From: Acidobacteriota bacterium
GTDB lineage: Bacteria > Actinomycetota > Acidimicrobiia > Spongiisociales > ZC4RG35
Length of the DNA stretch: 64,000 nt
Assembly (NCBI GenBank): GCA_022573225.1
Contig: JACZUI010000003.1
Span: 11,798-75,797, forward strand
Direction of reading: 5' to 3'
The translations under genes were made by a program, and so were the position numbers. This document shows positions 27,070-37,744 of the stretch, one piece after another (within the stretch, counting starts at the first letter, position 1; each line of letters starts with the position of its first letter). The notes beneath the pieces are model-generated. The model was given only the letters and a program-made list of their open reading frames with translations. It made no database searches and had not been told where the DNA came from.

Positions 27070-29118
27070 TCAGTCGTCCGAGGCATTCGCCGCGGCGATC
27101 ACCTGCTGGGCCTCATTGTGAGGCACTTCGGCGTAATGATCGAATTCGACTTCGAAACTACCCCGTCCTGAGGTCAATGAGCGAAGTTCGGCGGCATAGG
27201 TTTGGATTTCCGACATGGGGATCTCGGCGACAACCGATCTCGAGTTGGCTTCGCCATCCATCCCCAGAACCCGGCCCCGTTTGGAGTTGATGTCGCCCAT
27301 CACGTCGCCGAGATGCTCCTCGGGAACCGTGACGACCACTCTCATGACCGGTTCCAGAAGAATTGGCCGCAGCGATGGTGATGCCGCCCTGAACGCATGA
27401 ATACCGGCCATGCGAAAGGACATCTCGTCGGAGTCGACCGAGTGGAACTTGCCGTCATAGACCTCTGCCGAGATATCGATGACCGGGAATCCGGCCAGGA
27501 TCCCTCGACCTAACGCCTCCCGGATGCCCTTGTCGACGGCAGGGATGAATTGGCGGGGAATCGATCCGCCTTTCACCGAATCGATGTATTCGTATCCGCT
27601 TCCCCTAGGAAGGGGGGCGAATCTCACGAGCGCGACGCCAAACTGGCCACGGCCTCCGCTCTGCTTCTTGTGCTTGCCCTCGGCCTGGGCGCTCGCTGTG
27701 ATGGACTCCCTATAGGGGATGACCGGAAGGGCCGCGTCGATGTCCACTCCGTATCTGTTGTGGATGCGAGCCACAGTGACGTCGAGGTGCGTGTCGCCCT
27801 GGCCGGCCAGAATCGTCTCACCGGTGTCTGGCCGCCGATCGATTCTGAGAGTCGGGTCCTCGGATTCGATCCGATGGAGAGCTGTCGAGAGTTTCTCTTC
27901 GTCGTGGTGCGAGTGCGGGGTGATTGCGATCTCGGCCACGGGATTGGGGTACTCAACGGGCTTGATCACTACGTCAAGGCCTGGGGAGGAGAGTGTGTCT
28001 CCGGCGGAGAGCCCTTCCACCTTGGCCACAGCTCCGATACCGCCGGTGGGGAGGTCTGGCGCGTCGTTGTGGTCCCTCCCCTGAACCTTGAAGAGGTTGT
28101 GAAGCCGGATCTTGCCTCCGCTTGAGGTTCCCAGCTCCTGGTCGGCTTTGACCGTGCCTGAATAGATGCGGAACATCGAAATCCGCCCAACGAAGGGATC
28201 CGAGATCGTCTTGAAGACATATGCCAGGGCGGGTCCGTCGACACTTGGTGCAAAGGGCTCGCCCGACGACAGCGTTGGCAGCGATCGTTCGAGAGGGTTC
28301 GGGCCATAGTCCACTATGAACTCGGCGAGGATGTCGATTCCGACGAGCTTCTCGGCCGACGTGATCAGCACCGGGTCGATCTCGCCCGAGATAATTCCCT
28401 TGTGCACTGTTGCGACTATCTGCTCGCGAGACGGCTCGGTGCCTTCGAAGTACGCCTCCATCATTTCGTCGTCGGTCTCCACGACCGTCTCGATCAAGGC
28501 GGTGTGGGCGGTATGGACCCTCTCCTCGACTTCTTCGGGTAGGTCGACCTCGCTGCCGGTCTTGTCCCCCGAGTATTCGTAGGCTCGCTCGGTGGCCACC
28601 CTCACCAGCCCCTTGAGAGATCCTTCGGAACCGATCGGTACCTGAATTGGTGCGATCGCCTTGCCGAAGGAGTTGCGGAGTTGCTTGATGGTTCGCTCAT
28701 AGGAGGCACGTTCGCGGTCCAACTTGGTCACGATCACCGCCCGGGGTATTCCTTCGGTGTCGGCGACTCTCCATAGCTGCTCGGTCTGGACCTCGACACC
28801 GTCCACGCCCGAGACGACGAAGAGAGCTAGGTCCGCTGCTTTCAACGCTGAATAGGCCTCGCCCACGAAATCACTCGAACCGGGCGTATCGATGAGGTTG
28901 ATCCGATGGCCTCTCCATTCGAAGGTTGCTACCGCGAGGCCGAGGGAGATGCCCCTTTCGGTCTCCTCGGGCTCGTAGTCGAAGGTCGTGGTCCCCTGTT
29001 CGACGGTTCCTTGACGGGTGATTGCCCCGCCGACGTAGAGCAGCGCCTCGGCCAGGGTCGTCTTGCCGCTGTCGCCGTGACCAACCAGAACGACGTTTCG
29101 AACCTTTTCTGGATCCAC
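27070..29118 (-). CDS. Elongation factor G-like protein (EF-G2)
   Basis: GHGDSGKTT, RGISL (not RGITI), DTPG, TKLD, KKQSGGRGQF. Confidence 0.9.
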   Translation of the reverse strand: MDPEKVRNVVLVGHGDSGKTTLAEALLYVGGAITRQGTVEQGTTTFDYEPEETERGISLGLAVATFEWRGHRINLIDTPGSSDFVGEAYSALKAADLALFVVSGVDGVEVQTEQLWRVADTEGIPRAVIVTKLDRERASYERTIKQLRNSFGKAIAPIQVPIGSEGSLKGLVRVATERAYEYSGDKTGSEVDLPEEVEERVHTAHTALIETVVETDDEMMEAYFEGTEPSREQIVATVHKGIISGEIDPVLITSAEKLVGIDILAEFIVDYGPNPLERSLPTLSSGEPFAPSVDGPALAYVFKTISDPFVGRISMFRIYSGTVKADQELGTSSGGKIRLHNLFKVQGRDHNDAPDLPTGGIGAVAKVEGLSAGDTLSSPGLDVVIKPVEYPNPVAEIAITPHSHHDEEKLSTALHRIESEDPTLRIDRRPDTGETILAGQGDTHLDVTVARIHNRYGVDIDAALPVIPYRESITASAQAEGKHKKQSGGRGQFGVALVRFAPLPRGSGYEYIDSVKGGSIPRQFIPAVDKGIREALGRGILAGFPVIDISAEVYDGKFHSVDSDEMSFRMAGIHAFRAASPSLRPILLEPVMRVVVTVPEEHLGDVMGDINSKRGRVLGMDGEANSRSVVAEIPMSEIQTYAAELRSLTSGRGSFEVEFDHYAEVPHNEAQQVIAAANASDD

Positions 29119-29199
29119 ACAACCTCCTCAGAAACGGGGATACGATCCTAACCCTGGGCAACCGGCAAATTTCCGAGGCGCCTGCTACTTTCTGTCGCC

Positions 29200-29769
29200 G
29201 TGATCGACATGCGGGTCCGACCCCGCGTAACCCGGCTTCTCCAGCCCATCGGCAAAGCCCTGGCAGCCATTGGTATCACCCCGGCTGCGATGACCAGCAT
29301 CGGGCTTGCCGTGGTGATCGCCGGCTCGGTGGTCATCTCCAGGGAATATCTCAAGTCGGGTGCGGTGATTGTCCTTGTCGGGGCGGCGCTCGATGGTCTC
29401 GACGGTTCCATTGCTCGAGCGTCGAACAAAGTGAGCGCTCGCGGAGCGTTCCTCGATTCTGCGTTCGATCGGATCGGCGAAATAGCAGCGTTCGCTGGTC
29501 TCGCGGTTGCATTCGCTTCTGACGAGCGAGTGCTTCTTCTGGTCGTGGTCGCCATTGGCGGTGCAATGCTTGTTCCCTACATGCGAGCCAGGGCAGAAGC
29601 CGAGGGTCTTGATGGCAGGGGCGGTCTGATGGGTCGTGCGGAGCGGATCATTCTCTTCTGCCTCGGTCTGCTGCTCGGCTATGTGGAGGCCATGCTGGTG
29701 GTCTTCGTCGTGCTCGTATGGCTCACAGCGACCATGCGCTTCTTCCACACCTACCGTTCCTTGGAGTGA
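29200..29769 (+). CDS. pgsA: CDP-alcohol phosphatidyltransferase (phosphatidylinositol phosphate synthase)
   Basis: DGLDGSIAR...GAFLDSAFDR; context with acyltransferase and PimA. Confidence 0.85.
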   Translation: MIDMRVRPRVTRLLQPIGKALAAIGITPAAMTSIGLAVVIAGSVVISREYLKSGAVIVLVGAALDGLDGSIARASNKVSARGAFLDSAFDRIGEIAAFAGLAVAFASDERVLLLVVVAIGGAMLVPYMRARAEAEGLDGRGGLMGRAERIILFCLGLLLGYVEAMLVVFVVLVWLTATMRFFHTYRSLE

Positions 29770-30647
29770 AGCAAAGCATCTCCTACTTGGCCCTGCGCGT
29801 CGGAGCCGGGTTCATCGGTCTGCTCACCGAGCGGGGGGCCCAGCGACTCGGGTCGGTGCTCGGCCTTCTTTGGCACCGTTTCGACCGAAGTCGCCGGATG
29901 ATGGCTCGTCGCCATATGGCCCGCGTCCTCGGGTCCGACGAGAACGCAGAGGCTGCGGCCCGGGACGTCCTGAAGTCATACGGGCGCTATTGGGCGGAAG
30001 CCCTTTGGATTCGGGCGAGTCGAATACCCGAGTTGCTCGAGGGAACGACAGTCGAAGGCTTGGAGATGGTGATCGCCGCTCGTGACGAAGGAAACGGAAT
30101 CGTCTTCGCATTGCCCCACATGGGCAACTGGGAAATCGCTGCCCCGCTTGCCGTTCGCGAGGGGATCCCGGTCGTTGCTGTCGCGGAGGATCTCCCCAAC
30201 CGCCGTATTACCGACTGGTTCACCCGGATGCGGGCGGAATGCGGAATTGAGATCGTGTTGGCGACGGGAAGCGCACATGTCATGAGGAGCCTCGAAGCGG
30301 CGCTGTCGGCCAACAAGGCTGTGGCGCTGCCGTCAGACCGTGATCTCAAGGGCCGGGGGGTAGAAGTGAACTTCTTTGGCGAAAAGACCACGATGCCTGC
30401 CGGACCGGCCACCCTTGCCATCCGCAACTCTGCACCCTTGATTCCCGTTGGTTCTTTCTTCGACGGTGATGGTCACCACGTCGTGGTCCATCCTCGAATC
30501 CCGATCCCTGAACAGGGGTCCCGGGTCGAGAAGGTGGCGGCAATGACTCAGGACCTGGCTTCGCATTTCGAGAAATTCATCAGGGAGGCGCCGGAACAGT
30601 GGCACCTGGTCGTGGCCAACTGGCCCTCGGACACAGAGGACTCATGA
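29766..30647 (+). CDS. Phosphatidylinositol mannoside acyltransferase
   Basis: SYGRYWAE, HMGNWE, DRDL, FFGE, PEQWH. Confidence 0.85.
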   Translation: MKQSISYLALRVGAGFIGLLTERGAQRLGSVLGLLWHRFDRSRRMMARRHMARVLGSDENAEAAARDVLKSYGRYWAEALWIRASRIPELLEGTTVEGLEMVIAARDEGNGIVFALPHMGNWEIAAPLAVREGIPVVAVAEDLPNRRITDWFTRMRAECGIEIVLATGSAHVMRSLEAALSANKAVALPSDRDLKGRGVEVNFFGEKTTMPAGPATLAIRNSAPLIPVGSFFDGDGHHVVVHPRIPIPEQGSRVEKVAAMTQDLASHFEKFIREAPEQWHLVVANWPSDTEDS

Positions 30648-31705
30648 AGATCGGAATCGTCTGTCCATACGACCTGGGGGTTCCCGGCGGGGTGCAGCAG
30701 ATAGCAATCGAGCTGACCCAAAGACTTGACGATGCGCTCCTGATCGGCCCCGGCCAGGTGTCGGGCAGTGTGCCCGTCCAATTCCGCTCGGTTGGACGGG
30801 CTCGAGCGGTTCGCGCCAACCGATCCAGGGCCCCGATCGCAATGGGACCCACGGCGTGGACCCGAACGATTCGCGCAATTGGCGAGGTTGACCTCGTCCA
30901 TGTTCACGAGCCTTTCGTTCCTGTCGTTGGGTGGGCTGCGTTGTCATTGCCGTATCCGACAGTGGCCACTTTCCATGCAGATCCTCCCCGCTGGATGAGG
31001 AGGCTGTACACCGCCACCGCCGTGGCGGGGGCAGTGTGGCTGGGAGATGCTTACCCCACCGCGGTGAGTCCGGTGGCCGCTGGCGGAATTCCCCATCGCT
31101 GGCGCCGGCCGGTCATCGTTCCCAACGCCATCGACGTGTCTTCTTATCAAGTCGACGTTGATCGCGTGCAACAGCGGGTGATCTTCCTCGGACGGGACGA
31201 TCCGCGGAAGGGCCTGGACGTCCTTCTTCGAGCCTGGCCGGCGGTTATGGCGCGACACCCCGGAGCGGAGCTCTTGGTCCTCGGCGCCGACCGACCTGCT
31301 GTCCTTCACGGCGTGACATTCTTAGGAAGAGTGACCGAACAGGAAAAGCAGGAGATGCTTGGCTCCGGAGCGATCTTCGTTGCTCCAAACAAGGGGGCCG
31401 AGAGCTTCGGCCTGATCGTGGCCGAGGCGATGGCTGCGGGGTGCGCAGTAGTTGCCTCGGATATCCCAGCGTTCAAGTACGTGGTTGGCGAAAACGGCGT
31501 TCTTTTCCCGTCTGGAGATGCTCATGCCCTATCGGCAGAACTGAATATCCTGCTCGATGATCGAGCTCGAATCGAGAGCCTGGCCGGCCTTGGTCGTGCC
31601 GCGGTGCAACGCTTTGATTGGACCCGAGTGATCAGCCAGTACATGGACGTGTACGAGTCGGCCATTCGGGGCCATGCCAGTACGATAAAAGGTCAAAAGG
31701 AGTGA
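30644..31705 (+). CDS. pimA: GT4 glycosyltransferase, PimA-like mannosyltransferase
   Basis: [30 protein letters not shown]. Confidence 0.8.
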   Translation: MKIGIVCPYDLGVPGGVQQIAIELTQRLDDALLIGPGQVSGSVPVQFRSVGRARAVRANRSRAPIAMGPTAWTRTIRAIGEVDLVHVHEPFVPVVGWAALSLPYPTVATFHADPPRWMRRLYTATAVAGAVWLGDAYPTAVSPVAAGGIPHRWRRPVIVPNAIDVSSYQVDVDRVQQRVIFLGRDDPRKGLDVLLRAWPAVMARHPGAELLVLGADRPAVLHGVTFLGRVTEQEKQEMLGSGAIFVAPNKGAESFGLIVAEAMAAGCAVVASDIPAFKYVVGENGVLFPSGDAHALSAELNILLDDRARIESLAGLGRAAVQRFDWTRVISQYMDVYESAIRGHASTIKGQKE

Positions 31706-31707
31706 AA

Positions 31708-32589
31708 GTGGACACCGGTACCGAACGAGTCAAGAGAGGCCTCGCTGAAATGCTCAAGGGAGGCGTGATCATGGACGTGGTCACCGCCGACGAAGCGCGC
31801 ATTGCCGCCGAAGCAGGAGCGGTGGCCGTCATGGCACTGGAGCGGGTCCCGTCGGATATTCGCAAGGACGGCGGGGTGGCCCGAATGACCGATCCCATCA
31901 GGATCGAAGAAATTCAAGCAGCGGTGTCGATTCCGGTGATGGCCAAGTGCCGGATTGGGCACGTTGCCGAAGCCGCCATTCTCCAAGCGCTCAACGTCGA
32001 TTACATCGATGAGTCGGAGGTGCTCACCCCGGCAGATGACGAGCATCATGTCGACAAGTGGGCTTTCACCACGCCGTTTGTCTGCGGCGCAAGGAACCTT
32101 GGTGAGGCCCTTCGCCGTATTGGCGAGGGTGCGGCCATGATCCGGACCAAGGGAGAAGCCGGGACCGGGAACGTTGTCGAGGCGGTCCGTCACATGCGCG
32201 CAGTGACCGATGAGATCCGGGCCATCGCCTCGATGGACGAGGCCCAGCTGATGTCGGCGGCCCGTGATCACGGTGCACCATATGATCTCGTGCGGGAGGT
32301 GGCTTCCACCGGGAAGCTCCCGGTCGTGAATTTCGCCGCCGGCGGTATCGCCACACCCGCAGACGCGGCCCTGATGATGTCGCTGGGTGTCGACGGAGTT
32401 TTTGTGGGCTCTGGGATTTTCAAGAGCTCGAGCCCGGAGGCATACGCTGCGGCCATCGTGGAAGCAACCACCTTCTGGAATGAGCCGGAGGTGGTCGCCA
32501 AGGTGTCGCGTGGTCTGGGCGAGGCGATGCCCGGGATCGAGATCGAGACTCTCTCCGATTCGGAGCGTCTGGCCAGCCGGGGCTGGTGA
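31708..32589 (+). CDS. pdxS: Pyridoxal 5'-phosphate synthase lyase subunit
   Basis: [32 protein letters not shown]. Confidence 0.97.
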   Translation: MDTGTERVKRGLAEMLKGGVIMDVVTADEARIAAEAGAVAVMALERVPSDIRKDGGVARMTDPIRIEEIQAAVSIPVMAKCRIGHVAEAAILQALNVDYIDESEVLTPADDEHHVDKWAFTTPFVCGARNLGEALRRIGEGAAMIRTKGEAGTGNVVEAVRHMRAVTDEIRAIASMDEAQLMSAARDHGAPYDLVREVASTGKLPVVNFAAGGIATPADAALMMSLGVDGVFVGSGIFKSSSPEAYAAAIVEATTFWNEPEVVAKVSRGLGEAMPGIEIETLSDSERLASRGW

Positions 32590-32590
32590 C

Positions 32591-33154
32591 ATGAAGTCCG
32601 TTGGCGTTCTCGCCCTTCAGGGGGACGTCAGGGAACATCTGAATCTCCTCGACTCCCTTGGGGTCGCTACCGCCGAAGTGAAGAAGCCGCAACAGCTCGA
32701 GTTGGTTGACGCTCTGGTGATCCCCGGCGGAGAATCCACGACGATCGGGAAGATGGCGGTTCGATTCGGTCTGTTCGAGCCGCTGCGTTTGGCTATCGAG
32801 GCCGGCCTCCCGGTTTACGGGACCTGTGCCGGGATGATTCTTCTCTCGGGAACGGTTATCGACGCCGATCAGCCGCTCCTTGGTTCATTGGATGTGTTGG
32901 TCCGTCGCAATGCGTTCGGGCGTCAGAACGAGTCATTCGAGGCGGGGGTCGACGTCGAGGGATTGAGTGATCCATTCCCCGGCGTGTTCATCCGGGCACC
33001 GTGGGTGGAGAAGGTCGGGGCGGAAGTGGAAGTTCTCGGCTCGGTGGACGATCATCCGGTCATGGTGCGTCAAGGCCGCATTCTGGCCACTTCGTTCCAC
33101 CCGGAGTTGACGGGCGACGGGCGCATCCACCAGATGCTGCTGGATCTGATCTGA
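32591..33154 (+). CDS. pdxT: Pyridoxal 5'-phosphate synthase glutaminase subunit
   Basis: GVLALQG, PGGEST, GTCAG, FHPE. Confidence 0.97.
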   Translation: MKSVGVLALQGDVREHLNLLDSLGVATAEVKKPQQLELVDALVIPGGESTTIGKMAVRFGLFEPLRLAIEAGLPVYGTCAGMILLSGTVIDADQPLLGSLDVLVRRNAFGRQNESFEAGVDVEGLSDPFPGVFIRAPWVEKVGAEVEVLGSVDDHPVMVRQGRILATSFHPELTGDGRIHQMLLDLI

Positions 33155-33169
33155 CGTGACGGGCCACTC

Positions 33170-33916
33170 ATGAGCGGACATTCCAAGTGGGCGAACATCA
33201 AGCACCGCAAGGGCCGCCAGGACGCGGTCCGGGGCAAGCTGTTCGGAAAGCTCGCCAAACGGATCGAGGTTGCCGCTCGTGATGGGGGAGGAAGCCTCGA
33301 ATTCAACCCCACCCTGGCCACGGCAGTCGAGAAGGCCAGGTCGGCCTCGATGCCGAACGACAATATCGACCGTGCCATCAAGAGAGGAACCGGCGAGGTC
33401 GAGGGAGCGATCTATGAGGAGGCTTACTACGAGGGTTACGGGCCCGGGGGAGTGGCGTTGTACGTCCAGATCCTGACCGACAACCGCAACCGGGCGGCTT
33501 CCGATGTGAGATCCGCTTTCACCCGCCACAACGGCAACCTCGGCGAGCCGGGTTCGGTCGGTTACTTGTTCAGTCAGAAGGGTGTGATCCTCGTCAACGG
33601 GTCGGAAGACGATGTGATGCTGGTCGCTCTCGATTCTGGGGCCGAGGACATTTGGGAGTTAGGCCCGGGCTCGTTCGAGGTGATCTGTGCACCTACAGAG
33701 CTTCGATCGGTGCGATCCTCCATGGAGGACGCAGGAGTCGAGGTGGAGTCGGCCGACGTCACCCAGTTGCCGTCGAGCACGGTGCATGTCGAAAAAAGCG
33801 AGGCGAAGAAGCTGCTTCGGTTGATCGATGCTCTAGATGATCTCGACGACGTCCAGGCAGTGTTCTCCAACTACGACATCGACGACGAAGTCATGGAAGT
33901 TCTCGCCGAGGCGTGA
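33170..33916 (+). CDS. yebC: YebC/PmpR family protein
   Basis: MSGHSKWANIKH, YEGYGPGG, TDNRNR. Confidence 0.95.
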   Translation: MSGHSKWANIKHRKGRQDAVRGKLFGKLAKRIEVAARDGGGSLEFNPTLATAVEKARSASMPNDNIDRAIKRGTGEVEGAIYEEAYYEGYGPGGVALYVQILTDNRNRAASDVRSAFTRHNGNLGEPGSVGYLFSQKGVILVNGSEDDVMLVALDSGAEDIWELGPGSFEVICAPTELRSVRSSMEDAGVEVESADVTQLPSSTVHVEKSEAKKLLRLIDALDDLDDVQAVFSNYDIDDEVMEVLAEA

Positions 33917-34341
33917 CCCCGACTCTCGATGAGGTCAAGGCCTTCTTTGACGCCGAGCTCCCGTTCTTCGACCGGTTCGGATTCGAGGTTGATTCAATGG
34001 AGTCCGGCATCGGCGTAGTTCGATTTGTCTACGACGAGGCTTGGACCAGGCCGTACCGCATCATCAACGGCGGAACACTGATGGCTTTGGCCGACGTGGC
34101 GGTGTATGTCGCAGTTTTCAGCGAGGTGGGGATCGTCCCACTGGCCGTAACCAACGAGTTGAAGATGAACTTCCTCAGGCCGGCGGTCGGTGGCGATGTC
34201 ATCGCTCGGGCCGAGCTCCTCAAGGTCGGTAGGAGAGTGGTGTACGGCTCGGTCGAGGTGTTCATGGATGGGGCACCCGACCGGCTCGTGGCCCATGCCA
34301 CCAGCAGCTACGTGTTGCCGGACTCCGGCAGCTCAACCTGA
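33913..34341 (+). CDS. PaaI family thioesterase
   Basis: NGGTLMALAD, NFLRP, KVGRR. Confidence 0.85.
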   Translation: MTPTLDEVKAFFDAELPFFDRFGFEVDSMESGIGVVRFVYDEAWTRPYRIINGGTLMALADVAVYVAVFSEVGIVPLAVTNELKMNFLRPAVGGDVIARAELLKVGRRVVYGSVEVFMDGAPDRLVAHATSSYVLPDSGSST

Positions 34342-34435
34342 ATTCGCCAAAAGGACGAAGGTCGTGGCGTGGTGGCGTCTCGTTTTCCGAGATTTCTTCG
34401 TTTTCTTTTGGAATGTGCTGTTTGAGGGCGGTTTC

Positions 34436-34457
34436 TGTCGGACCTGGCGGTTACGTT
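34436..34457 (+). promoter_or_regulatory. PafBC / RecA-NDp-type DNA-damage promoter
   Basis: TGTCGG-acctggcggt-TA-cgt-T is an exact match to TGTCGG-N10-TA-N3-T, 6 nt before the ATG. Confidence 0.7.
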
Positions 34458-34463
34458 CGGGTT

Positions 34464-35591
34464 ATGGAGTGGGAGAAGGTTTCCAACGATCAGCTCGAGG
34501 AGGGTCTCGGCCAGTTCTTGGGTCTTGTTTCGGCCGGTCTGGCCAGGGTGTGCCAATGGCTGCTGGAGGTCGACCGCCGCCAACAGTTCCTGGCCGACGG
34601 GTCACCGGACCTGGTCCAGTGGCTGTCGGCCCGCTACGGGCTCGCCCATGGCACCGCCCGCCGGTTGGTCGACACTGCTCGTCGTCTCCAGGATCTGCCT
34701 GTCCTCTCCGCCGCGTTTGCTGAAGGCGATCTCTCCTTCGACCAGGTCGAGGCTGTTTCCAAGGTCGCCACACCGGAGACCGAGCTAGGGCTGGTCGAGG
34801 TGGTGCCGGGTTTGACGGTCGCCGGGCTGGAACGGGCCGCCCGCCGGGCCGACCCGCCCCACCGGTCCGACGAGATGACCGCCCACGAAGAGCGGTACCT
34901 GCACATTCAGCGGACCCTCGACGGTGTCTCCGGGAGGATGAACGCCAAGCTGCCCGGCGCCGAACTCGACGTGGTCGAGTCAGCGATCAAGGTGAGAGCC
35001 GACCGGGTACCGGTAAACCCTGAGACCGGGAGGTTCGACCCCTACCCCCAGCGGATGGCCGACGGCCTGGTGGAACTGGCTTCCACCACCGGAAACGACA
35101 ACGAGACACCCCCGCAGATAACCGTCAACGCCGACCTGGCAGCCCTGGTAACCGAAACTTCAGGTGTCACCGAAACCGGGTTGGGCTCCCTGATACCCAA
35201 CGACACCGCCCGAAGGCTGTCCTGTGATTCGATCGTCGAATGCGCCGTCTACCGGAACAACCGGGTCGTCGGGGTGGGACGGCGGACCAGGACGGTCCCC
35301 GGGTGGCTGCGACGGCTGCTCCAGGCCCGCGACGGGGGATGCCGGTTCCCCGGCTGCGGACGGACCACCTGGGTCCACGCCCACCACATCCTCCACTGGA
35401 GCCAAGGAGGACCCACCGACCTGGACAATCTGATCCTTCTCTGCGGATGGCACCACCGGTTCCTCCACGAACACATATGGAAGATCACAAACGATCAAGG
35501 GCGGTTCACCTTCCACAGACCCGACGGCTCCGCCTACCCACCGGCCCGACCCGAACTCCACCCACGACTCAAAGCCCTGCTCTCTACCTAG
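34464..35591 (+). CDS. DUF222 / HNH endonuclease (13E12-repeat-like)
   Basis: ARRLSCD, RDGGCRFPGC, HAHHILHWSQGGPTDLDNLILLCGWHH. Confidence 0.92.
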   Translation: MEWEKVSNDQLEEGLGQFLGLVSAGLARVCQWLLEVDRRQQFLADGSPDLVQWLSARYGLAHGTARRLVDTARRLQDLPVLSAAFAEGDLSFDQVEAVSKVATPETELGLVEVVPGLTVAGLERAARRADPPHRSDEMTAHEERYLHIQRTLDGVSGRMNAKLPGAELDVVESAIKVRADRVPVNPETGRFDPYPQRMADGLVELASTTGNDNETPPQITVNADLAALVTETSGVTETGLGSLIPNDTARRLSCDSIVECAVYRNNRVVGVGRRTRTVPGWLRRLLQARDGGCRFPGCGRTTWVHAHHILHWSQGGPTDLDNLILLCGWHHRFLHEHIWKITNDQGRFTFHRPDGSAYPPARPELHPRLKALLST

Positions 35592-35673
35592 GGGCAGTCG
35601 CCCCCGCCTCCGCCACCAGAATCTCTCAACTCGCCAGAAACCTTGGATCGCTTATGACGACCACTACAGTCAT

Positions 35674-35687
35674 AGAACATATGTTCG
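35674..35687. promoter_or_regulatory. LexA SOS box overlapping the ruvC start codon
   Basis: AGAAC-ATAT-GTTCG fits the Gram-positive GAAC-N4-GTTC box; TACAGT -10 at 35665. Confidence 0.75.
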
Positions 35688-36163
35688 TCTTGGGAATCGA
35701 CCCCGGTTTGTCCGTCACGGGGTATGGCCTCGTCGAAGGAACACAGCCTCCGACGGCGCTCAATGCCGGCGTGATTCGGACCGACAAGGATGCGCCGACC
35801 TCGGAGCGACTCGAGGAGCTCCATCGCGGTCTATCCGATGTCTTTGCAGAATCCACCCCCGACGCGGTGGCGCTCGAAACCGTGTTCACCAACAGGAACC
35901 TTCAAACAGCGATCTCGGTGGGCCGTGCCTCGGGCGTGGCACTGCTGGTTTCGGCTCAATTTGGTGTGCCTGTATTCGAATACGTTCCGACATCGGTCAA
36001 GGCAGCCGTGACGGGCGATGGCTCCGCTGGAAAGCCTCAGGTCCAAACGATGGTCTCCCGTCTTCTCCGGCTGGCCGAGCTTCCGAAGCCGCCCGACGTT
36101 GCCGACGCCCTGGCCCTCGCCCTGTGTCATCTGCGGGCAGCGCCTCTGGAGGCGCGGCGATGA
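35681..36163 (+). CDS. ruvC: Holliday junction resolvase
   Basis: LGIDPG, ALETVF, DVADALALA. Confidence 0.95.
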   Translation: MFVLGIDPGLSVTGYGLVEGTQPPTALNAGVIRTDKDAPTSERLEELHRGLSDVFAESTPDAVALETVFTNRNLQTAISVGRASGVALLVSAQFGVPVFEYVPTSVKAAVTGDGSAGKPQVQTMVSRLLRLAELPKPPDVADALALALCHLRAAPLEARR

Positions 36164-36729
36164 TCGGCCGGCTCCGCGGGGTACTCGTCTCCCGGCGTGG
36201 CGATGCGGCCACCTTGGACGTCGGAGGGGTCGGTTACGAGATCACCATGACGCCACGGACCCTGGCCGCCTTGCCCGGTCTCGGGGAAGAGGTCGTGGTC
36301 CACACCCACACTCATGTCCGTGACGACGACATGAGGCTCTTTGGATTCGAGACCGAGGGGGACCGCGATCTATTCAGAATTCTTCTTGGTGCATCAGGAG
36401 TGGGGCCAAAGGTCGCCCTGGCAATGCTGGCCACGCTGGATCACGATCAGATTGTGTTGGCCATCGTCTCAGAGGATGCGGAGGCATTGACCGCAACACC
36501 GGGAGTCGGGAAACGGGGCGCTCAGAAGATCGTGCTCGAACTTGCGCCGAAGCTGGCCGGTCGGGAGGCGAAGATCGTAGGTTCTGACAACGCTCTCACG
36601 GTGCGACAAGCCCTTGACGGGTTGGGCTATTCGACGGAGGAGATCAACCAGGTCGTCGCCGAGGTCGACCCGGCCGAGAGCCTGGAGAATCAGATCAAAA
36701 TGGCGCTTCAGGCCCTGGGTAGACGCTGA
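36160..36729 (+). CDS. ruvA: Holliday junction branch migration protein
   Basis: [28 protein letters not shown]. Confidence 0.95.
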   Translation: MIGRLRGVLVSRRGDAATLDVGGVGYEITMTPRTLAALPGLGEEVVVHTHTHVRDDDMRLFGFETEGDRDLFRILLGASGVGPKVALAMLATLDHDQIVLAIVSEDAEALTATPGVGKRGAQKIVLELAPKLAGREAKIVGSDNALTVRQALDGLGYSTEEINQVVAEVDPAESLENQIKMALQALGRR

Positions 36730-36730
36730 C

Positions 36731-37744
36731 ATGCGCGAAGACAGTCTGCTCAACCCCACAATCGAGTCGGAAGAGGAAATCTCCCTCCGTCCGAAACGAC
36801 TGGACGAGTTCGTCGGACAGGACCGAGTGAGAGAACGTCTGCGGATATCGGTGGAAGCCGCCGAGAAGGAGGGTCGTGCCCTCGATCATGTCTTGATCTC
36901 CGGCCCGCCAGGGTTGGGCAAGACCACGCTCGCAGGAGTAATCGCCCATGAGATGGGTGTCCCGCTGAGGATCACATCGGGGCCGGCACTGGAGAGGCCG
37001 GGCGATCTGGCCGCGATTCTCTCCAACCTCCAGACAGGCGACGTGTTCTTCATCGATGAGATACATCGTTTGCCCCGCGTTGTGGAGGAGGTTCTCTATC
37101 CCGCAATGGAGGACTTTCAGCTCGACATCGTTCTGGGCAAGGGGCCGACTGCGCAGTCCATTCGCCTCGACCTGCCCAGGTTCACCCTGGTAGGGGCCAC
37201 AACCCGCAAAGGCAAGGTCACGGCGCCACTCCGGGACCGTTTCGGAATTGAGGAGAAGCTCGACTATTACGAGCCATCCGAGTTGGCGACGATCATCAGG
37301 CGTTCGGCCGGAATCATCGGAGTTGTCACCGACGATGCGGCGGCCGAGTTGATCGCAAGACGGAGTCGGTCGACACCGAGAATCGCCAATCGACTTCTGG
37401 CGCGGGTGCGAGACTTCGCTGTGGCAAGGGCATCTGGGTTTATCGATGAAGACGTCGCCAGCCGGGCCCTGGAGATTTTCGAAGTGGATGAACTCGGTCT
37501 GGACAAGGTCGACCGGGCGATTCTCGAGGCCGTCACATCGAGATTCGAGGGAGGCCCGGTTGGTTTGTCCACTCTTGCAATCGCGGTGGGTGAGGAGCCA
37601 GAAACCGTGGAAGACGCCTACGAGCCCTTCCTGCTTCAGTCGGGTTTGCTCAAACGGACTCCGCGCGGTCGGATGGCCACCGCGCGGGCATACGCTCATC
37701 TCGGCATGGCGCCCCCCTCGGACACCCAGCAAAGCCTTCTTTAG
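36731..37744 (+). CDS. ruvB: Holliday junction branch migration helicase
   Basis: [24 protein letters not shown]. Confidence 0.97.
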   Translation: MREDSLLNPTIESEEEISLRPKRLDEFVGQDRVRERLRISVEAAEKEGRALDHVLISGPPGLGKTTLAGVIAHEMGVPLRITSGPALERPGDLAAILSNLQTGDVFFIDEIHRLPRVVEEVLYPAMEDFQLDIVLGKGPTAQSIRLDLPRFTLVGATTRKGKVTAPLRDRFGIEEKLDYYEPSELATIIRRSAGIIGVVTDDAAAELIARRSRSTPRIANRLLARVRDFAVARASGFIDEDVASRALEIFEVDELGLDKVDRAILEAVTSRFEGGPVGLSTLAIAVGEEPETVEDAYEPFLLQSGLLKRTPRGRMATARAYAHLGMAPPSDTQQSLL

